The notes beneath the pieces are model-generated. The model ran no database searches. It saw only the letters and a list, made by a program, of their open reading frames with translations, and had not been told where the DNA came from. From Clostridia bacterium (GTDB taxonomy: Bacteria > Bacillota > Clostridia > Christensenellales > Aristaeellaceae), in assembly GCA_024404275.1 (NCBI GenBank), contig JAKSQG010000009.1, positions 1-22,521 of the forward strand: DNA of 22,521 nucleotides, written 5' to 3'. Shown here one piece after another: positions 9,091 to 18,017 of this stretch (position 1 is its first letter; the number at the start of each line of letters is the position of its first letter). Both the position numbers and the translations under genes were made by a program.

Positions 9091-9395
9091 CAGCCGTTGA
9101 TCGCGGTGATCTCGACCTTGGTAAAGGGCTGACGATGACCGGCCTTACGGCGGTAATTCTTCTTGCTCTTGTACTTGAGGATCAGGATCTTCTGGCCCTT
9201 GCCCTGCTGCAGAACCTTACCGGTAACGGTAGCGCCCTCGACAACGGGGTTGCCGACCTGAACGGTTTCACCGCCGAGCATCAGCACGGGGAAGGTGACT
9301 TCGTCGTTCACTTCGTTGTTCAGTTTCTCAACATAGATGACGTCTCCCTGAGAGACACGGTACTGTTTGCCGCCGGTAGCAATAATCGCGTACAT
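9090..9395 (-). CDS. rplU: 50S ribosomal protein L21
   Basis: [25 protein letters not shown]...[19 protein letters not shown] matches L21. Confidence 0.95.
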   Translation of the reverse strand: MYAIIATGGKQYRVSQGDVIYVEKLNNEVNDEVTFPVLMLGGETVQVGNPVVEGATVTGKVLQQGKGQKILILKYKSKKNYRRKAGHRQPFTKVEITAING

Positions 9396-9497
9396 GATGG
9401 CAGCACCTCCTGTTTAGAACTCGCCGGGCTTCACAGGCATCTTTCAGCCACGAGGCAGCGCAGATGCGCATTTTAAAGGCCCCGCCCGAGCGGCTTA
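9396..9497 (-). ncRNA. 5' leader of the rplU operon, possibly an L21-leader-type autoregulatory RNA
   Basis: A structured GC-rich leader of about 100 nt lies between the predicted promoter and the rplU RBS (AGGAGG). Small hairpins include CCGC-UCGG-GCGG, GCGC-AUCU-GCGC and GCC-UCGU-GGC. I could not verify the covariance model by eye. Confidence 0.35.
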
Positions 9498-9504
9498 CCC
9501 CGAT

Positions 9505-9533
9505 ATAATAACACATTTGCCGCATGGTGTCAA
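9505..9533 (-). promoter_or_regulatory. sigma-70 (SigA)-type promoter of rplU-prp-rpmA
   Basis: The minus strand reads TTGACA (9533-9528), a 17-nt spacer, then TATTAT (9510-9505), with a TGT extended -10 element. Confidence 0.65.
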
Positions 9534-9646
9534 CAATTTTACCGCATTTTGCACCGCTTTGACGCCTGCAAAACAGGGTATCATTCCCAATGAAACTGTG
9601 ATAAAATAGAGAAGGCGGCCACCGCCGCGAAAGGATTGTTTTATAT

Positions 9647-10408
9647 ATGGAAGAAATGAAATATACCCGCATGAACGCGGGCATCATTGACCGCTGGTGC
9701 CGCGAGGGCTGGCGCTGGGGACAGCCCATCAAAGATGAAGACTATAAAAGCGCCCGGGAAGGGCGCTGGCGTGTGCTGCTGACCCCCAACAAATCGGTGC
9801 CCAAGGCCTGGCTGCGTGACCTGAAAGGGAAAAAAGTGCTGGGGCTTGCCTGCGGCGGCGCGCAGCAGATGCCCATTTTTGCCGCGCTTGGCGCCGAATG
9901 CACGCTGCTGGACATCAGCCCGGCACAATGCCGCTCCGACCGCGAATTTGCCGCCCGCATGGGCTATGAGATCGACATCCATGAGGCAGACATGACCGAG
10001 CCGCTGCCCTTTGAGGACGAGACCTTTGACGTGATCTTCCTGCCCGTTTCCACCTGCTATATCCGTTATCTGGACCCGTTGTTCATTGAGTGCCACCGCA
10101 TCCTGAAACCCGGCGGACAGCTGCTGGGCGGTTTTGACAGCGGCATCAACTATTGCACGGATGATGCCGAAAAGGAGCTGGTGCAGGCCCTGCCCTTTGA
10201 CCCGCTGTCTGACCCGCTTCTGATGCAGCGCTGCGTACAGCAGGATTGCGGCGTGCAGTTTTCCCATACGACGGGCGAAACGCTGGCGGCGCTGCTGCGC
10301 GCGGGCTTTTTGCTTCGCTCCATCTATGATGATACCAACGAGGATGGACATCTCAAGGAGCTGAACATTCCCGCCTTTATTGCCGTTCAGTGCCGGAAGG
10401 AGAAATAA
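9647..10408 (+). CDS. class I SAM-dependent methyltransferase
   Basis: Motif I is VLGLACGGAQQ. An acidic loop follows (LLDIS), then FDVIFLPVS and the motif-post-II LKPGGQLL. Confidence 0.8.
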   Translation: MEEMKYTRMNAGIIDRWCREGWRWGQPIKDEDYKSAREGRWRVLLTPNKSVPKAWLRDLKGKKVLGLACGGAQQMPIFAALGAECTLLDISPAQCRSDREFAARMGYEIDIHEADMTEPLPFEDETFDVIFLPVSTCYIRYLDPLFIECHRILKPGGQLLGGFDSGINYCTDDAEKELVQALPFDPLSDPLLMQRCVQQDCGVQFSHTTGETLAALLRAGFLLRSIYDDTNEDGHLKELNIPAFIAVQCRKEK

Positions 10409-10411
10409 AAT

Positions 10412-11188
10412 ATGGATTTCGGAATGCCTTTTCTGCTGGAAAACCGCTCCATTGAAGAAAGCGCCGCCCTGTGTGCCGAACTGGGATTGAAGTTTGTGGA
10501 GCTCAACATGAGCTTTCCCCTCTGCACACTGGACCGCATGAGCGCACCGATGCTGCGGGCGCTCGAAGAAAAAAACGGCATCTATTTTACTTTCCATCTG
10601 GACGAAGCGCTGACCCCCTGTGCCTTTGACAGCCGTGTGCGCGCCGCCTATGTTCAGAACGCCGCTGACGCGATCCGTCTGGCATCCGAAGCCGGCATGC
10701 CCACCGTCAATCTGCATTGGGAAAAAGGCATCGTGGTCACGCAGCCCGACCGCAAGGTATACCTGTACGACGCCTACCGGGAGGATTATCTGCGCTGCAC
10801 TGCACAGTTCCGTGCCGCCTGCGAAGAAGCCTCCGGCGGCAAAGTCAACGTCTGTGTGGAAAACACCGACGGTTATCACCCCTTCCGGCTGGAAGCCATC
10901 GAGCTGCTGCTTCAGAGTCCGGTTTTCCACCTGACGCTGGATGTCGGTCATAATGATCTGGCACACGGCGTCGATATGCCCTTCTATGACAAGCACTTTG
11001 ACGAGCTGAAGCACATGCACCTGCATGATTCCGCCGCGGATTGCCACCTGGCACTGGGCGATGGTCATCTGGACATTGCCGCCCTGATTGCCCGCGGCGA
11101 AAAAACAGGGGCACGGGCGGTGATCGAAGTCAAGACCGTCGAAGCGCTGCGCCGCAGCGTGGAACGGCTGCCGCAGTATATCAAATAA
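10412..11188 (+). CDS. sugar phosphate isomerase/epimerase (xylose isomerase-like TIM barrel, AP_endonuc_2 fold)
   Basis: It has the metal-ligand pattern VENT...LDVGH...HLHD...E typical of the family. The ORF is 258 aa. Confidence 0.7.
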   Translation: MDFGMPFLLENRSIEESAALCAELGLKFVELNMSFPLCTLDRMSAPMLRALEEKNGIYFTFHLDEALTPCAFDSRVRAAYVQNAADAIRLASEAGMPTVNLHWEKGIVVTQPDRKVYLYDAYREDYLRCTAQFRAACEEASGGKVNVCVENTDGYHPFRLEAIELLLQSPVFHLTLDVGHNDLAHGVDMPFYDKHFDELKHMHLHDSAADCHLALGDGHLDIAALIARGEKTGARAVIEVKTVEALRRSVERLPQYIK

Positions 11189-11206
11189 TGCCTGCAGGCG
11201 GGAGAT

Positions 11207-11235
11207 TTGACGGTCTTCCGCCTCTGTGCTATAAT
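11207..11235 (+). promoter_or_regulatory. sigma-70-type promoter of the CHAP amidase gene
   Basis: TTGACG (11207-11212), a 17-nt spacer, then TATAAT (11230-11235) with a TGC extended -10. An AAGGAGGA RBS lies 7 nt before the ATG at 11275. Confidence 0.6.
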
Positions 11236-11274
11236 AAGGGGTAAAGTTCTGTCAGCCCGAAAGGAGGAGAAACG

Positions 11275-12180
11275 ATGTCGCGCAAAAGTGTGACGGCTGT
11301 ACTGCTGCTGCTTGCGCTGCTGCTTTCTCCTCTTGCACAAGCCGAAGACACCGTGTTGGAGCCCGCATACCCCGTGCCGGAGTATGTAACATGGCTGCTC
11401 GACATTGCCCGCGGCGAATTGGGCTATACCGAAGAAAAAAGCGGGTACAGCAAGTACGGCGACTGGTCCGGTGATCCCTATGCACAATGGTGCGCAGAGT
11501 ATCTTTGCTGGTGCGTCGATCAGGTAGACCAAACGTACGGCACCGCCCTTCTCCGCAATGTGTACCCCATGTACACCGGCTCCAACACAGGGCTCAGATG
11601 GTTTTTGCGTCAGGGGCGTTACATTGCCCGTACCGGCTATGTGCCCTCCTGGGGAAAACAATGGTACAAGACCACGGGCGAATATGTTTCCGGCTACATC
11701 CCGCAGCCGGGAGACTGGGTATTTTACAGCTTCTCCGATGCCGGCAACACCTCACATGTGGCCATGGTGGAATACTGCACCATGGATGAAAACGGCATCG
11801 TGACCGTGCATGTGCTGGAAGGCAATATGCCCGACAGGGTACAGCGCAGTACCCATGTGCTCAGTGACTGGCGTGTGCTGGGCTACGGCACCGTACACGA
11901 TCTGGCGGATACCACCCTGCAGGGCAGCTGCAGCGGCACCGAGGTGACCGAGGTGCAGAAAAAGCTGCAGTACCTGGGATATCTGGAGACCGAATATGTG
12001 ACCGGCACCTACGGTCCCTCCACAGTCGTGGCAGTGCACAATTTTCAATCGGACCACGGCATCCTGTCTACAGGCATCACCGGACGGGACACTTCAGCTG
12101 CGCTATACACAGCCTACAGGGAAGCCTTCTGGCTGGATGACAACAATTTTACCGTACGTGCCGAGTATTGCTTAGAATGA
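11275..12180 (+). CDS. secreted CHAP-domain peptidoglycan hydrolase with a C-terminal PG_binding_1 domain
   Basis: It has a signal peptide (LLLLALLLSPLAQAED). The CHAP Cys is in YAQWCAEYLCWCV and the His is in NTSHVAMVEY. The C-terminal PG-binding repeat is VTEVQKKLQYLGYL...GTYGPSTVVAVHNFQSDHGILSTGITG. Confidence 0.8.
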   Translation: MSRKSVTAVLLLLALLLSPLAQAEDTVLEPAYPVPEYVTWLLDIARGELGYTEEKSGYSKYGDWSGDPYAQWCAEYLCWCVDQVDQTYGTALLRNVYPMYTGSNTGLRWFLRQGRYIARTGYVPSWGKQWYKTTGEYVSGYIPQPGDWVFYSFSDAGNTSHVAMVEYCTMDENGIVTVHVLEGNMPDRVQRSTHVLSDWRVLGYGTVHDLADTTLQGSCSGTEVTEVQKKLQYLGYLETEYVTGTYGPSTVVAVHNFQSDHGILSTGITGRDTSAALYTAYREAFWLDDNNFTVRAEYCLE

Positions 12181-12198
12181 TCCGGGAGGCGAAGCATC

Positions 12199-13653
12199 AT
12201 GCAGGACATGGTTCTGATCATCAACTTTGACGACAGCTCCAGCCGCGCCATCGCGCGCAGCCTGAGGGCGGAGCGCATTTACTGCCGCATTGTATCCGCC
12301 TCCGTCACCGAAAACGAAATTGCCGCCGCGGCCCCCATGGGACTGATTCTGTCCGGTGCTCCGGCCGGTGCAGCCGCGGAACCGGCTTTTGATCCCGCTG
12401 CCTGCCAGCTGCCTGTGCTGGCACTGGGCGCAGCCGCCGTACCGCTCGCCCGGGCACTGGGCGCCGAGGTGCAGCAGACCGCGCTGTGCGACAAGATCGG
12501 ACACGTGCGTTTTCTTTCCTCTCCCCTGACCCGGAATCTGGAGGATTGCGACCGCCTGCTATCTGCTGTGCGGCGTCTGCGCCTGCCATCCGGGGTGGAG
12601 CAGATTGCCGAATGTGAGGGCGAGGTCATCGGCTTTGCCGACACGACCCGGCAGCTGTATGGCATGCAGTATACCATGGAATCCAACGATACGGACGGCA
12701 TGTCGCTGCTGATGGGCTTTGTGACCGGCGTATGCGGCTGCAGCCGCTGGTGGGATTACGAAGCCTTTGTGCAGGGTGCGGTGGAAGATATCCGTTCCAA
12801 AGTCGGCGACGGCCGTGCCCTTTGCTCCATGACAGGCGGTCTGGACAGCGGTGTCAGCGCGCTGCTGGCACACAAGGCGTTGGGCGACCGTCTGCAGTGC
12901 GTATTTATCGATACCGGCCTGATGCGCGACCGCGAAGGCGAGCGCTTCCTGACCTTCTACCGCGATCAGATGGGCCTTAACATCTGCCATGTGCATGCCG
13001 AAGAGCGCTTTTTGCAGGCGCTCAAGGGTGTGCGTGACCCGCAGGAGAAAAAGGCCATCATCGGCGATGTACTGCAGCGTGTTCTGGATGAAACGCTGGC
13101 CAACCTGGGGCAGTTCAGCTGCGTCATCCGCGGCACCATCTGTACCGAGGTCATGAACGGCACCGGTCAGAACAAGCGTCCCGTCATCTATCCCGATCTG
13201 CCCCGTATTGAGCCCCTGCGCGAGCTGTTCAAAAGCGAAGTACGCGAAGCAGGCTCCTACATGGGCATGCCCGCCGAAGTGGTGGTCAAGCAGACCTTCC
13301 CGGGCAGCGGCCTGGCGCTGCGTGTGCTGGGCGAAGTCACCCCCGCCCGTCTGCAGACGCTGCGCGCCGCCGACGCCATCTTTACCGATGAGCTGAACAC
13401 CGCAGGACAGCTCAAGCGCGTACGGCAGCACTTCTGCCTGCTGATGGAACTGCCGGGCAGCTCCACCCGTTCGGTCATTGTGCTCAAGGCCGTCAACATC
13501 GTGGAAGGCGCGCAGCAGTACTATCCTGCCCGACTGCCCGCCGACCTGCTCGAGCGCGTGACCACACGCATCCTGCACGACCGTCCCGAGGTGGAGCATG
13601 TGCTCTATGACCTGACCGCTTCCGAAACGACCGGCCGCGTGGAATGGCAGTAA
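12199..13653 (+). CDS. GMP synthase (GuaA)-like protein: degenerate glutaminase domain plus ATP-pyrophosphatase and a GuaA C-terminal domain
   Basis: The PP-loop is SMTGGLDSGVSALL (canonical SGGVDSSV). The GuaA-type C-terminus is VLYDLTASETTGRVEWQ. The N-terminal GATase-like fold is present, but the catalytic Cys and His positions read LALGAAAV and MQYTMES. Confidence 0.7.
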   Translation: MQDMVLIINFDDSSSRAIARSLRAERIYCRIVSASVTENEIAAAAPMGLILSGAPAGAAAEPAFDPAACQLPVLALGAAAVPLARALGAEVQQTALCDKIGHVRFLSSPLTRNLEDCDRLLSAVRRLRLPSGVEQIAECEGEVIGFADTTRQLYGMQYTMESNDTDGMSLLMGFVTGVCGCSRWWDYEAFVQGAVEDIRSKVGDGRALCSMTGGLDSGVSALLAHKALGDRLQCVFIDTGLMRDREGERFLTFYRDQMGLNICHVHAEERFLQALKGVRDPQEKKAIIGDVLQRVLDETLANLGQFSCVIRGTICTEVMNGTGQNKRPVIYPDLPRIEPLRELFKSEVREAGSYMGMPAEVVVKQTFPGSGLALRVLGEVTPARLQTLRAADAIFTDELNTAGQLKRVRQHFCLLMELPGSSTRSVIVLKAVNIVEGAQQYYPARLPADLLERVTTRILHDRPEVEHVLYDLTASETTGRVEWQ

Positions 13654-13686
13654 GCCGTTTTCCGCCGCCACAGAGGAACTGATTTC

Positions 13687-14499
13687 ATGCAGCTTTCACA
13701 TCCCATCGGGCCCTATCAGGGTCTGGATCCCCGCGATTGCTTTATCGTTTCCAATGACCAGCAGGTGCCGATGGGCACCGGCACGGTCATCAGCTTCATG
13801 CAGGGCGAAATGTATCCCGACGCCCCGCTGCGCATTTTTATCTCCATCGAGGCGCAGCCCGCTGCCCGCAGCCTGCTGCTCGGCGCACTGCTGGCACGTG
13901 CCGAGGAAAAGAGAGCCGAAGCCCCCGGTCTGCGCGCACGGCTGTATACCATTGTATCGCCGGAAGACGCCGACCTGCTCTCCTTCTACGAAAAAGCCGG
14001 TTTCAAGGCTGATGACACGCAGGACGTGTGGCATTTTGAACTGCCCGCCTGGTCCTCCCGTGTACCGGTCAGCTGCAATCTGCTGCCGGTCACGCTGCGC
14101 AGTCAGGAGGATGCCATGGCCTTCATGCAGCGCCTCAACACCTACCGCATTGAGATGCTGGACATGAACACCATGATCCGCTGCATGCAGATGGAACATT
14201 TCTGCGCCCTCGGCTTTTACCGCGGCGTGAATCCCGTCAGTGAGGTGCTTCTGGCCGGTCAGGGCGACTCTGTTTCCCTGGTAGGTCTGTATGTACGCGC
14301 CGATTACCGCCGTCAGGGCTTTGCCAAGGCCATCATCGGTGCCGCGGCCGAGCAGCTGCGCTCCCACGGGGTGGAACACATCTCCGCCAACATTTTCAGC
14401 AGCATTCCGGCGCAGACCGCTTTGATGCGTGCTGCCGCCGCCCGCAAGATCCGCACCGTCGCTGTCATGCCCGGTGCCGACCTGGAGCCCGATCAATAA
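13687..14499 (+). CDS. GNAT-fold acetyltransferase, apparently with two lobes
   Basis: The C-terminal lobe has VGLYVRADYRRQGFAKAIIGAAAEQL (motif A). The N-terminal lobe ends LLSFYEKAGF. Confidence 0.6.
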   Translation: MQLSHPIGPYQGLDPRDCFIVSNDQQVPMGTGTVISFMQGEMYPDAPLRIFISIEAQPAARSLLLGALLARAEEKRAEAPGLRARLYTIVSPEDADLLSFYEKAGFKADDTQDVWHFELPAWSSRVPVSCNLLPVTLRSQEDAMAFMQRLNTYRIEMLDMNTMIRCMQMEHFCALGFYRGVNPVSEVLLAGQGDSVSLVGLYVRADYRRQGFAKAIIGAAAEQLRSHGVEHISANIFSSIPAQTALMRAAAARKIRTVAVMPGADLEPDQ

Positions 14500-14518
14500 G
14501 AGTAAAAGAGGTATTGCT

Positions 14519-15211
14519 ATGACCATCGGCCTGCTTTGCGCGATGAAATCCGAGATTGAATCGGTCATCGCCCACCTGACCATTGAAAAAGAAACCGAGA
14601 TTGCCCGCACCACCGTGATGGAGGCGCACATCGGCGATCTTCATATCGTGGCCGCCGCCACCGGCATCTGCAAGGTGAACGCCGCCATTACCGCCCAGCT
14701 GCTCATCGACCGCTGGCAGGTGGAGCGCATCATCATGGTGGGCGTCGCCGGCGGCATGGATCCCCGTCTGGGCGTACACGCGCTGGCTTTCTCCGAGCGT
14801 CTTGCGCAGCACGATGTCGACCCCGGCATGCTGCGTCACCGTCCCACGCCCGATGCGGGCTATTTCCCCGGTGACGAGAAACTGTTGGACATCTGCCGCC
14901 GTCTGAACGAAGAAGGCAAGCTGCTCTACCCCGCCTTCTTCGGTACCATGGTCAGCGGTGAGCAGTTCATCGTGCAGGAGGGCCGTCAGCAGATCATCGA
15001 CGCGTGGCATCCCCTGTGCGTGGATATGGAATCCGCAGCCGCCGCCCATGCCTGCTATGCCAATGGCATCCCCTGCGTGGCCATCCGCGCCATGAGCGAT
15101 ACCGGTGACGAAAGCGGCATGGACTCCTTTGAACGCAACGAAGTCAGTGCCGCCGAAGCTGCTGCCGGTGCCGCCGCCGCATTGCTGGAAGCGCTGGCGC
15201 AGGAAAAATAA
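14519..15211 (+). CDS. mtnN: 5'-methylthioadenosine/S-adenosylhomocysteine nucleosidase
   Basis: The ATG at 14519, preceded by AAGAGG, is the likely start within ORF 14429-15211. The protein reads MTIGLLCAMKSEI...ATGICKVNAAITAQ...MVGVAGG...CVDMESAAAAH...AIRAMSD, which matches the Pfs/MtnN motifs. Confidence 0.85.
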   Translation: MTIGLLCAMKSEIESVIAHLTIEKETEIARTTVMEAHIGDLHIVAAATGICKVNAAITAQLLIDRWQVERIIMVGVAGGMDPRLGVHALAFSERLAQHDVDPGMLRHRPTPDAGYFPGDEKLLDICRRLNEEGKLLYPAFFGTMVSGEQFIVQEGRQQIIDAWHPLCVDMESAAAAHACYANGIPCVAIRAMSDTGDESGMDSFERNEVSAAEAAAGAAAALLEALAQEK

Positions 15212-15236
15212 GCTTCTGCCCAAACCGATTTACAAC

Positions 15237-15274
15237 AAGGACGATGGAATTCATTCCATCGTCCTTGCTTTTTT
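15237..15274 (+). terminator. rho-independent terminator after mtnN
   Basis: AAGGACGATGGAAT/ATTCCATCGTCCTT forms a perfect hairpin, followed by GCTTTTTT. Confidence 0.8.
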
Positions 15275-15282
15275 ATCAGGCA

Positions 15283-15316
15283 TTAAAAAGGAGCCGCGGC
15301 ACAAGGCCGCGGCTCC
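15283..15316 (-). terminator. rho-independent terminator after the MBL-fold gene
   Basis: On the minus strand, GGAGCCGCGGC-CTTGT-GCCGCGGCTCC is followed by TTTTTAAT. Confidence 0.75.
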
Positions 15317-15328
15317 GGGGGTGTGAAA

Positions 15329-17644
15329 TTACTTCACGAAGGTGGCAGCGGGAGTTTCAGCCAGCACGATGTCGCTGACCTTATCCAGCTGGACGGTGTA
15401 GGTGGCGCCGATCTCGATGGCATCCAGCAGAGCCTGAGCTTCTTCGAGGGAGCTCACGCGAGCGGTACGAACGATTTCGGTCCAGGCAGTGTCGGTGGGA
15501 CGGTTGGCAATTTCAACGGGGCCGCTGGTCCACTGCACAGCGTAGTTATCAGCGCCGTAGAAGTTGGTGTCATAGTCGACCTTGCCGGCGTAGTCATCCT
15601 TCACATGCCCGACGATCTGCACGAAGTAGCTGTCGGGATCATGCACGAAGGCATCCTTGGGAATAACGAAGCCGTTGGAGAGTTCGAAGCCATAGATGTT
15701 GAACATGCCGGCGAACTCTTCGGAGGGGTTCTGCCACATATCGAAGCCGTGCAGGATGCAGGCATCCAGAACTTCCAGCTCGTAGGTGCCTTCAGCACGC
15801 TTGTAGGGACCGTAGGCTTCGATGGTCTGCAGGGTCTTGGAGGAAGCGGAGGAGCGGAAGCCGCCATGCTCGAAGAACAGGTCGCCGACAGCATCCTTCT
15901 CGTTTACCCAATCCTGGAAGAAGCTCTCATAGGTGTTGTAGGAGATGCGCTTCTCGCAGAAGTTCTGGATAGCATCCAGACCTTCGGTCAGCACGGACAG
16001 GAAGGGGATGTTCTTCTCTTCGCAGGCCTTGTCGATATCGTACCCGGGATCCTGGTTGGAGTGCTGGGGTACGTTGCACACGTAGTCAGCGGAAGCGGCA
16101 GCCATGGGGGCGGCAACGCTCTGGATGTACTTCAGGCCGTCAACATAGGCCAGACGGGTCCAACCGGACTTCAGGTTGTTCTGAGCGCCGTAGCCGCCCA
16201 TGTAGCAGAAGGCAGCGGTCTTGCCGGCTTCCAGCACCTTGTCGTTTTCGGTAGCGGTGAGACGGAACACGAAGGAAGCGGTATCAGCGGTGTGGCCGGT
16301 GGTCAGGAAGGGATACACTTCAACGCCGCCGCCGAAGTCATTCTGCCACTCATACCAGTTGTCCCAGGCGGTCAGGGTGTAGGCAACAGACTTGTCGGTC
16401 AGAACCGGGCCGATTTCCGGATAGCCCAGATAGTCGAAGCCGCCCTTGTTGTTGCTGGAGGTCTGCACAGCGGCATACTGCTCGCCGTAGGCAATGTTGC
16501 CCTGACCAACCTGATAGTGGTTGATCATGGTCAGGTTCTCGACCAGAGCCTGATAATGGTCGCCGTGGCCATGGGTCAGCAGGATCTTATCCACTTCACG
16601 GGGATCGAAGCCCAAGGCTTCCAGGTTCAGCCAGTACTGGTAAGAGGCGCAGGTGTTGCCCTGGTCCAGCAGGGTCATGGTGCCATCATCGCCCAGGAAC
16701 AGATAGATGTTAGTGTAGGAATCGCCGATGGAGTAGAAGCGGTCAGCCATCACTTCGAAGGGGATGCAGGAACCGTCGAAGCCGTAGGAGTGCTTTTCCT
16801 TGGCAGCGGACACTTCAGGCATCCAGCCCACGCCATCATAGGTGGTGTTGTCGGGGGTGACCAGCTTGCTGGCAGCCAGCACTTCGGGGTTCTTGTAGAC
16901 ATACAGCTGAGCGACCTTGGCGGTCTCGTAGGTGGTGTAGTCGCCGTCGAACACAGCGATCACAACGTACTTCTCGGGCTGGTAGTAGATCTCGCCGTCT
17001 TCGCCCACGGGGCAGACAACGATCTCTTCCAGGGTGGTGGGTTCGGCAGCCCAGCTGCCGGTCACCAGGGTGCCTTCGACGGTGGTGGTGTTATCCACGG
17101 CGAAGATCTGGCAGTCATCGGCCAGGGTATAGGTCTCTTCGAAGATGTTGGTGCAGTGGTTGCCATCGCCCACGGTGGTGGTGCGGGCATCGGCATCGGT
17201 GGCCAGCACCCAGGCCTGAGCCATCATGGCGCCGGGCTTGCCGCCCTCGCCGGTCAGCTCAACGCCGTACTTGGCGGAGTCCATGAAACCGATGCTGGGG
17301 CCGAAGCCGCCGGCCATCTGCATCAGGCGCTCGATGTTGATGATGTTGCCTTCGGCATCCATCACGAGCTCGATGCTGTTGTTGGCCTGGCACAGGGCTA
17401 CCACGGCTTCAGCGCGGGTAACGCCGGTCAGGGCATTGGTCTGGGTCAGGGGAACGGTGGTGACGGTCTTCTTCTCGAAGGTACCGGCTTCGACGATCTC
17501 GACGGTCACGCAGCCGTTTTCATCCACCGTGGCGGGGGTGACGACCCAGCCCCAGGTGCTGGAGGCGGGCACGGATTCCGCGACAGCCAGGGCGGCGACG
17601 CAGATCAGCAGCACGCACAGGAGGATAGAAGCGATCTTCTTCAT
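15329..17644 (-). CDS. secreted multidomain MBL-fold metallo-hydrolase (771 aa)
   Basis: It has a signal peptide (MKKIASILLCVLLICVAALAVAES). The central motif LLTHGHGDH fits HxHxDH, with a later TTGHTADT. About 330 aa N-terminal and about 250 aa C-terminal have no motif I recognise. The stop is TAA and a GAGAGG RBS lies upstream. Confidence 0.8.
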   Translation of the reverse strand: MKKIASILLCVLLICVAALAVAESVPASSTWGWVVTPATVDENGCVTVEIVEAGTFEKKTVTTVPLTQTNALTGVTRAEAVVALCQANNSIELVMDAEGNIINIERLMQMAGGFGPSIGFMDSAKYGVELTGEGGKPGAMMAQAWVLATDADARTTTVGDGNHCTNIFEETYTLADDCQIFAVDNTTTVEGTLVTGSWAAEPTTLEEIVVCPVGEDGEIYYQPEKYVVIAVFDGDYTTYETAKVAQLYVYKNPEVLAASKLVTPDNTTYDGVGWMPEVSAAKEKHSYGFDGSCIPFEVMADRFYSIGDSYTNIYLFLGDDGTMTLLDQGNTCASYQYWLNLEALGFDPREVDKILLTHGHGDHYQALVENLTMINHYQVGQGNIAYGEQYAAVQTSSNNKGGFDYLGYPEIGPVLTDKSVAYTLTAWDNWYEWQNDFGGGVEVYPFLTTGHTADTASFVFRLTATENDKVLEAGKTAAFCYMGGYGAQNNLKSGWTRLAYVDGLKYIQSVAAPMAAASADYVCNVPQHSNQDPGYDIDKACEEKNIPFLSVLTEGLDAIQNFCEKRISYNTYESFFQDWVNEKDAVGDLFFEHGGFRSSASSKTLQTIEAYGPYKRAEGTYELEVLDACILHGFDMWQNPSEEFAGMFNIYGFELSNGFVIPKDAFVHDPDSYFVQIVGHVKDDYAGKVDYDTNFYGADNYAVQWTSGPVEIANRPTDTAWTEIVRTARVSSLEEAQALLDAIEIGATYTVQLDKVSDIVLAETPAATFVK

Positions 17645-17770
17645 GGTGTATTCCTCTCTCTCAAATATTTCCGGCTCATTCTTCCTTTTCAGGCATCAGC
17701 ATCGGCCGTTCATGCTGAACTTGTTTTTCGTTCCCGGTTCGATCCCGAAAACGTCACTGCAATACTAACA

Positions 17771-17785
17771 GCGAAAAGCGTGCCA
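17771..17785 (-). promoter_or_regulatory. sigma-54 (-24/-12) promoter driving the MBL-fold gene
   Basis: The minus strand reads TGGCACGCTTTTCGC, compared with the consensus TGGCACG-N4-TTGC. The GG-N10-GC spacing is exact and there is one mismatch in the -12 element. It lies about 125 nt upstream of the ATG at 17644. Confidence 0.7.
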
Positions 17786-17961
17786 AAATATGGATACCGG
17801 CAAAAAATTTTTCCCAACCCTATTTTTCAGCATCCATCTTTCATGACCTGCATGCAATTGAAAACGAATGAAATGAAATTGATTCGTGCTGCAACCTTCG
17901 GACCTCCTGCCGTTTTCGGATATACATTCCCCAATTCCATTCTGTTGTTCCAATGTAATGT

Positions 17962-17985
17962 CTGTCAAAAGCTCCTTCCTGACAG
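17962..17985. promoter_or_regulatory. inverted repeat CTGTCA-N12-TGACAG, a candidate activator (UAS) site
   Basis: The arms are a perfect 6 bp. The repeat lies about 180-200 bp upstream of the minus-strand sigma-54 promoter. Confidence 0.3.
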
Positions 17986-17996
17986 GTATTTGCGTT

Positions 17997-18017
17997 CTTT
18001 TCAACATGTTTCCATTT
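17997..18017. promoter_or_regulatory. candidate UAS motif copy B (TTTTCAACATGTTTCCATTT)
   Basis: It nearly matches 20359-20376 upstream of the second sigma-54 promoter. The core AACATGTT is palindromic. Confidence 0.35.

Noticed and set aside
17731-17750. The string CCCGGTTCGATCCCG resembles a tRNA T-arm and could have been the tRNA that decodes TAG.
   Set aside because: Only 3 bp of the T-stem can pair. I could not build an acceptor, D or anticodon arm from the flanking sequence. The string lies inside the predicted 5' UTR of the MBL-fold gene.
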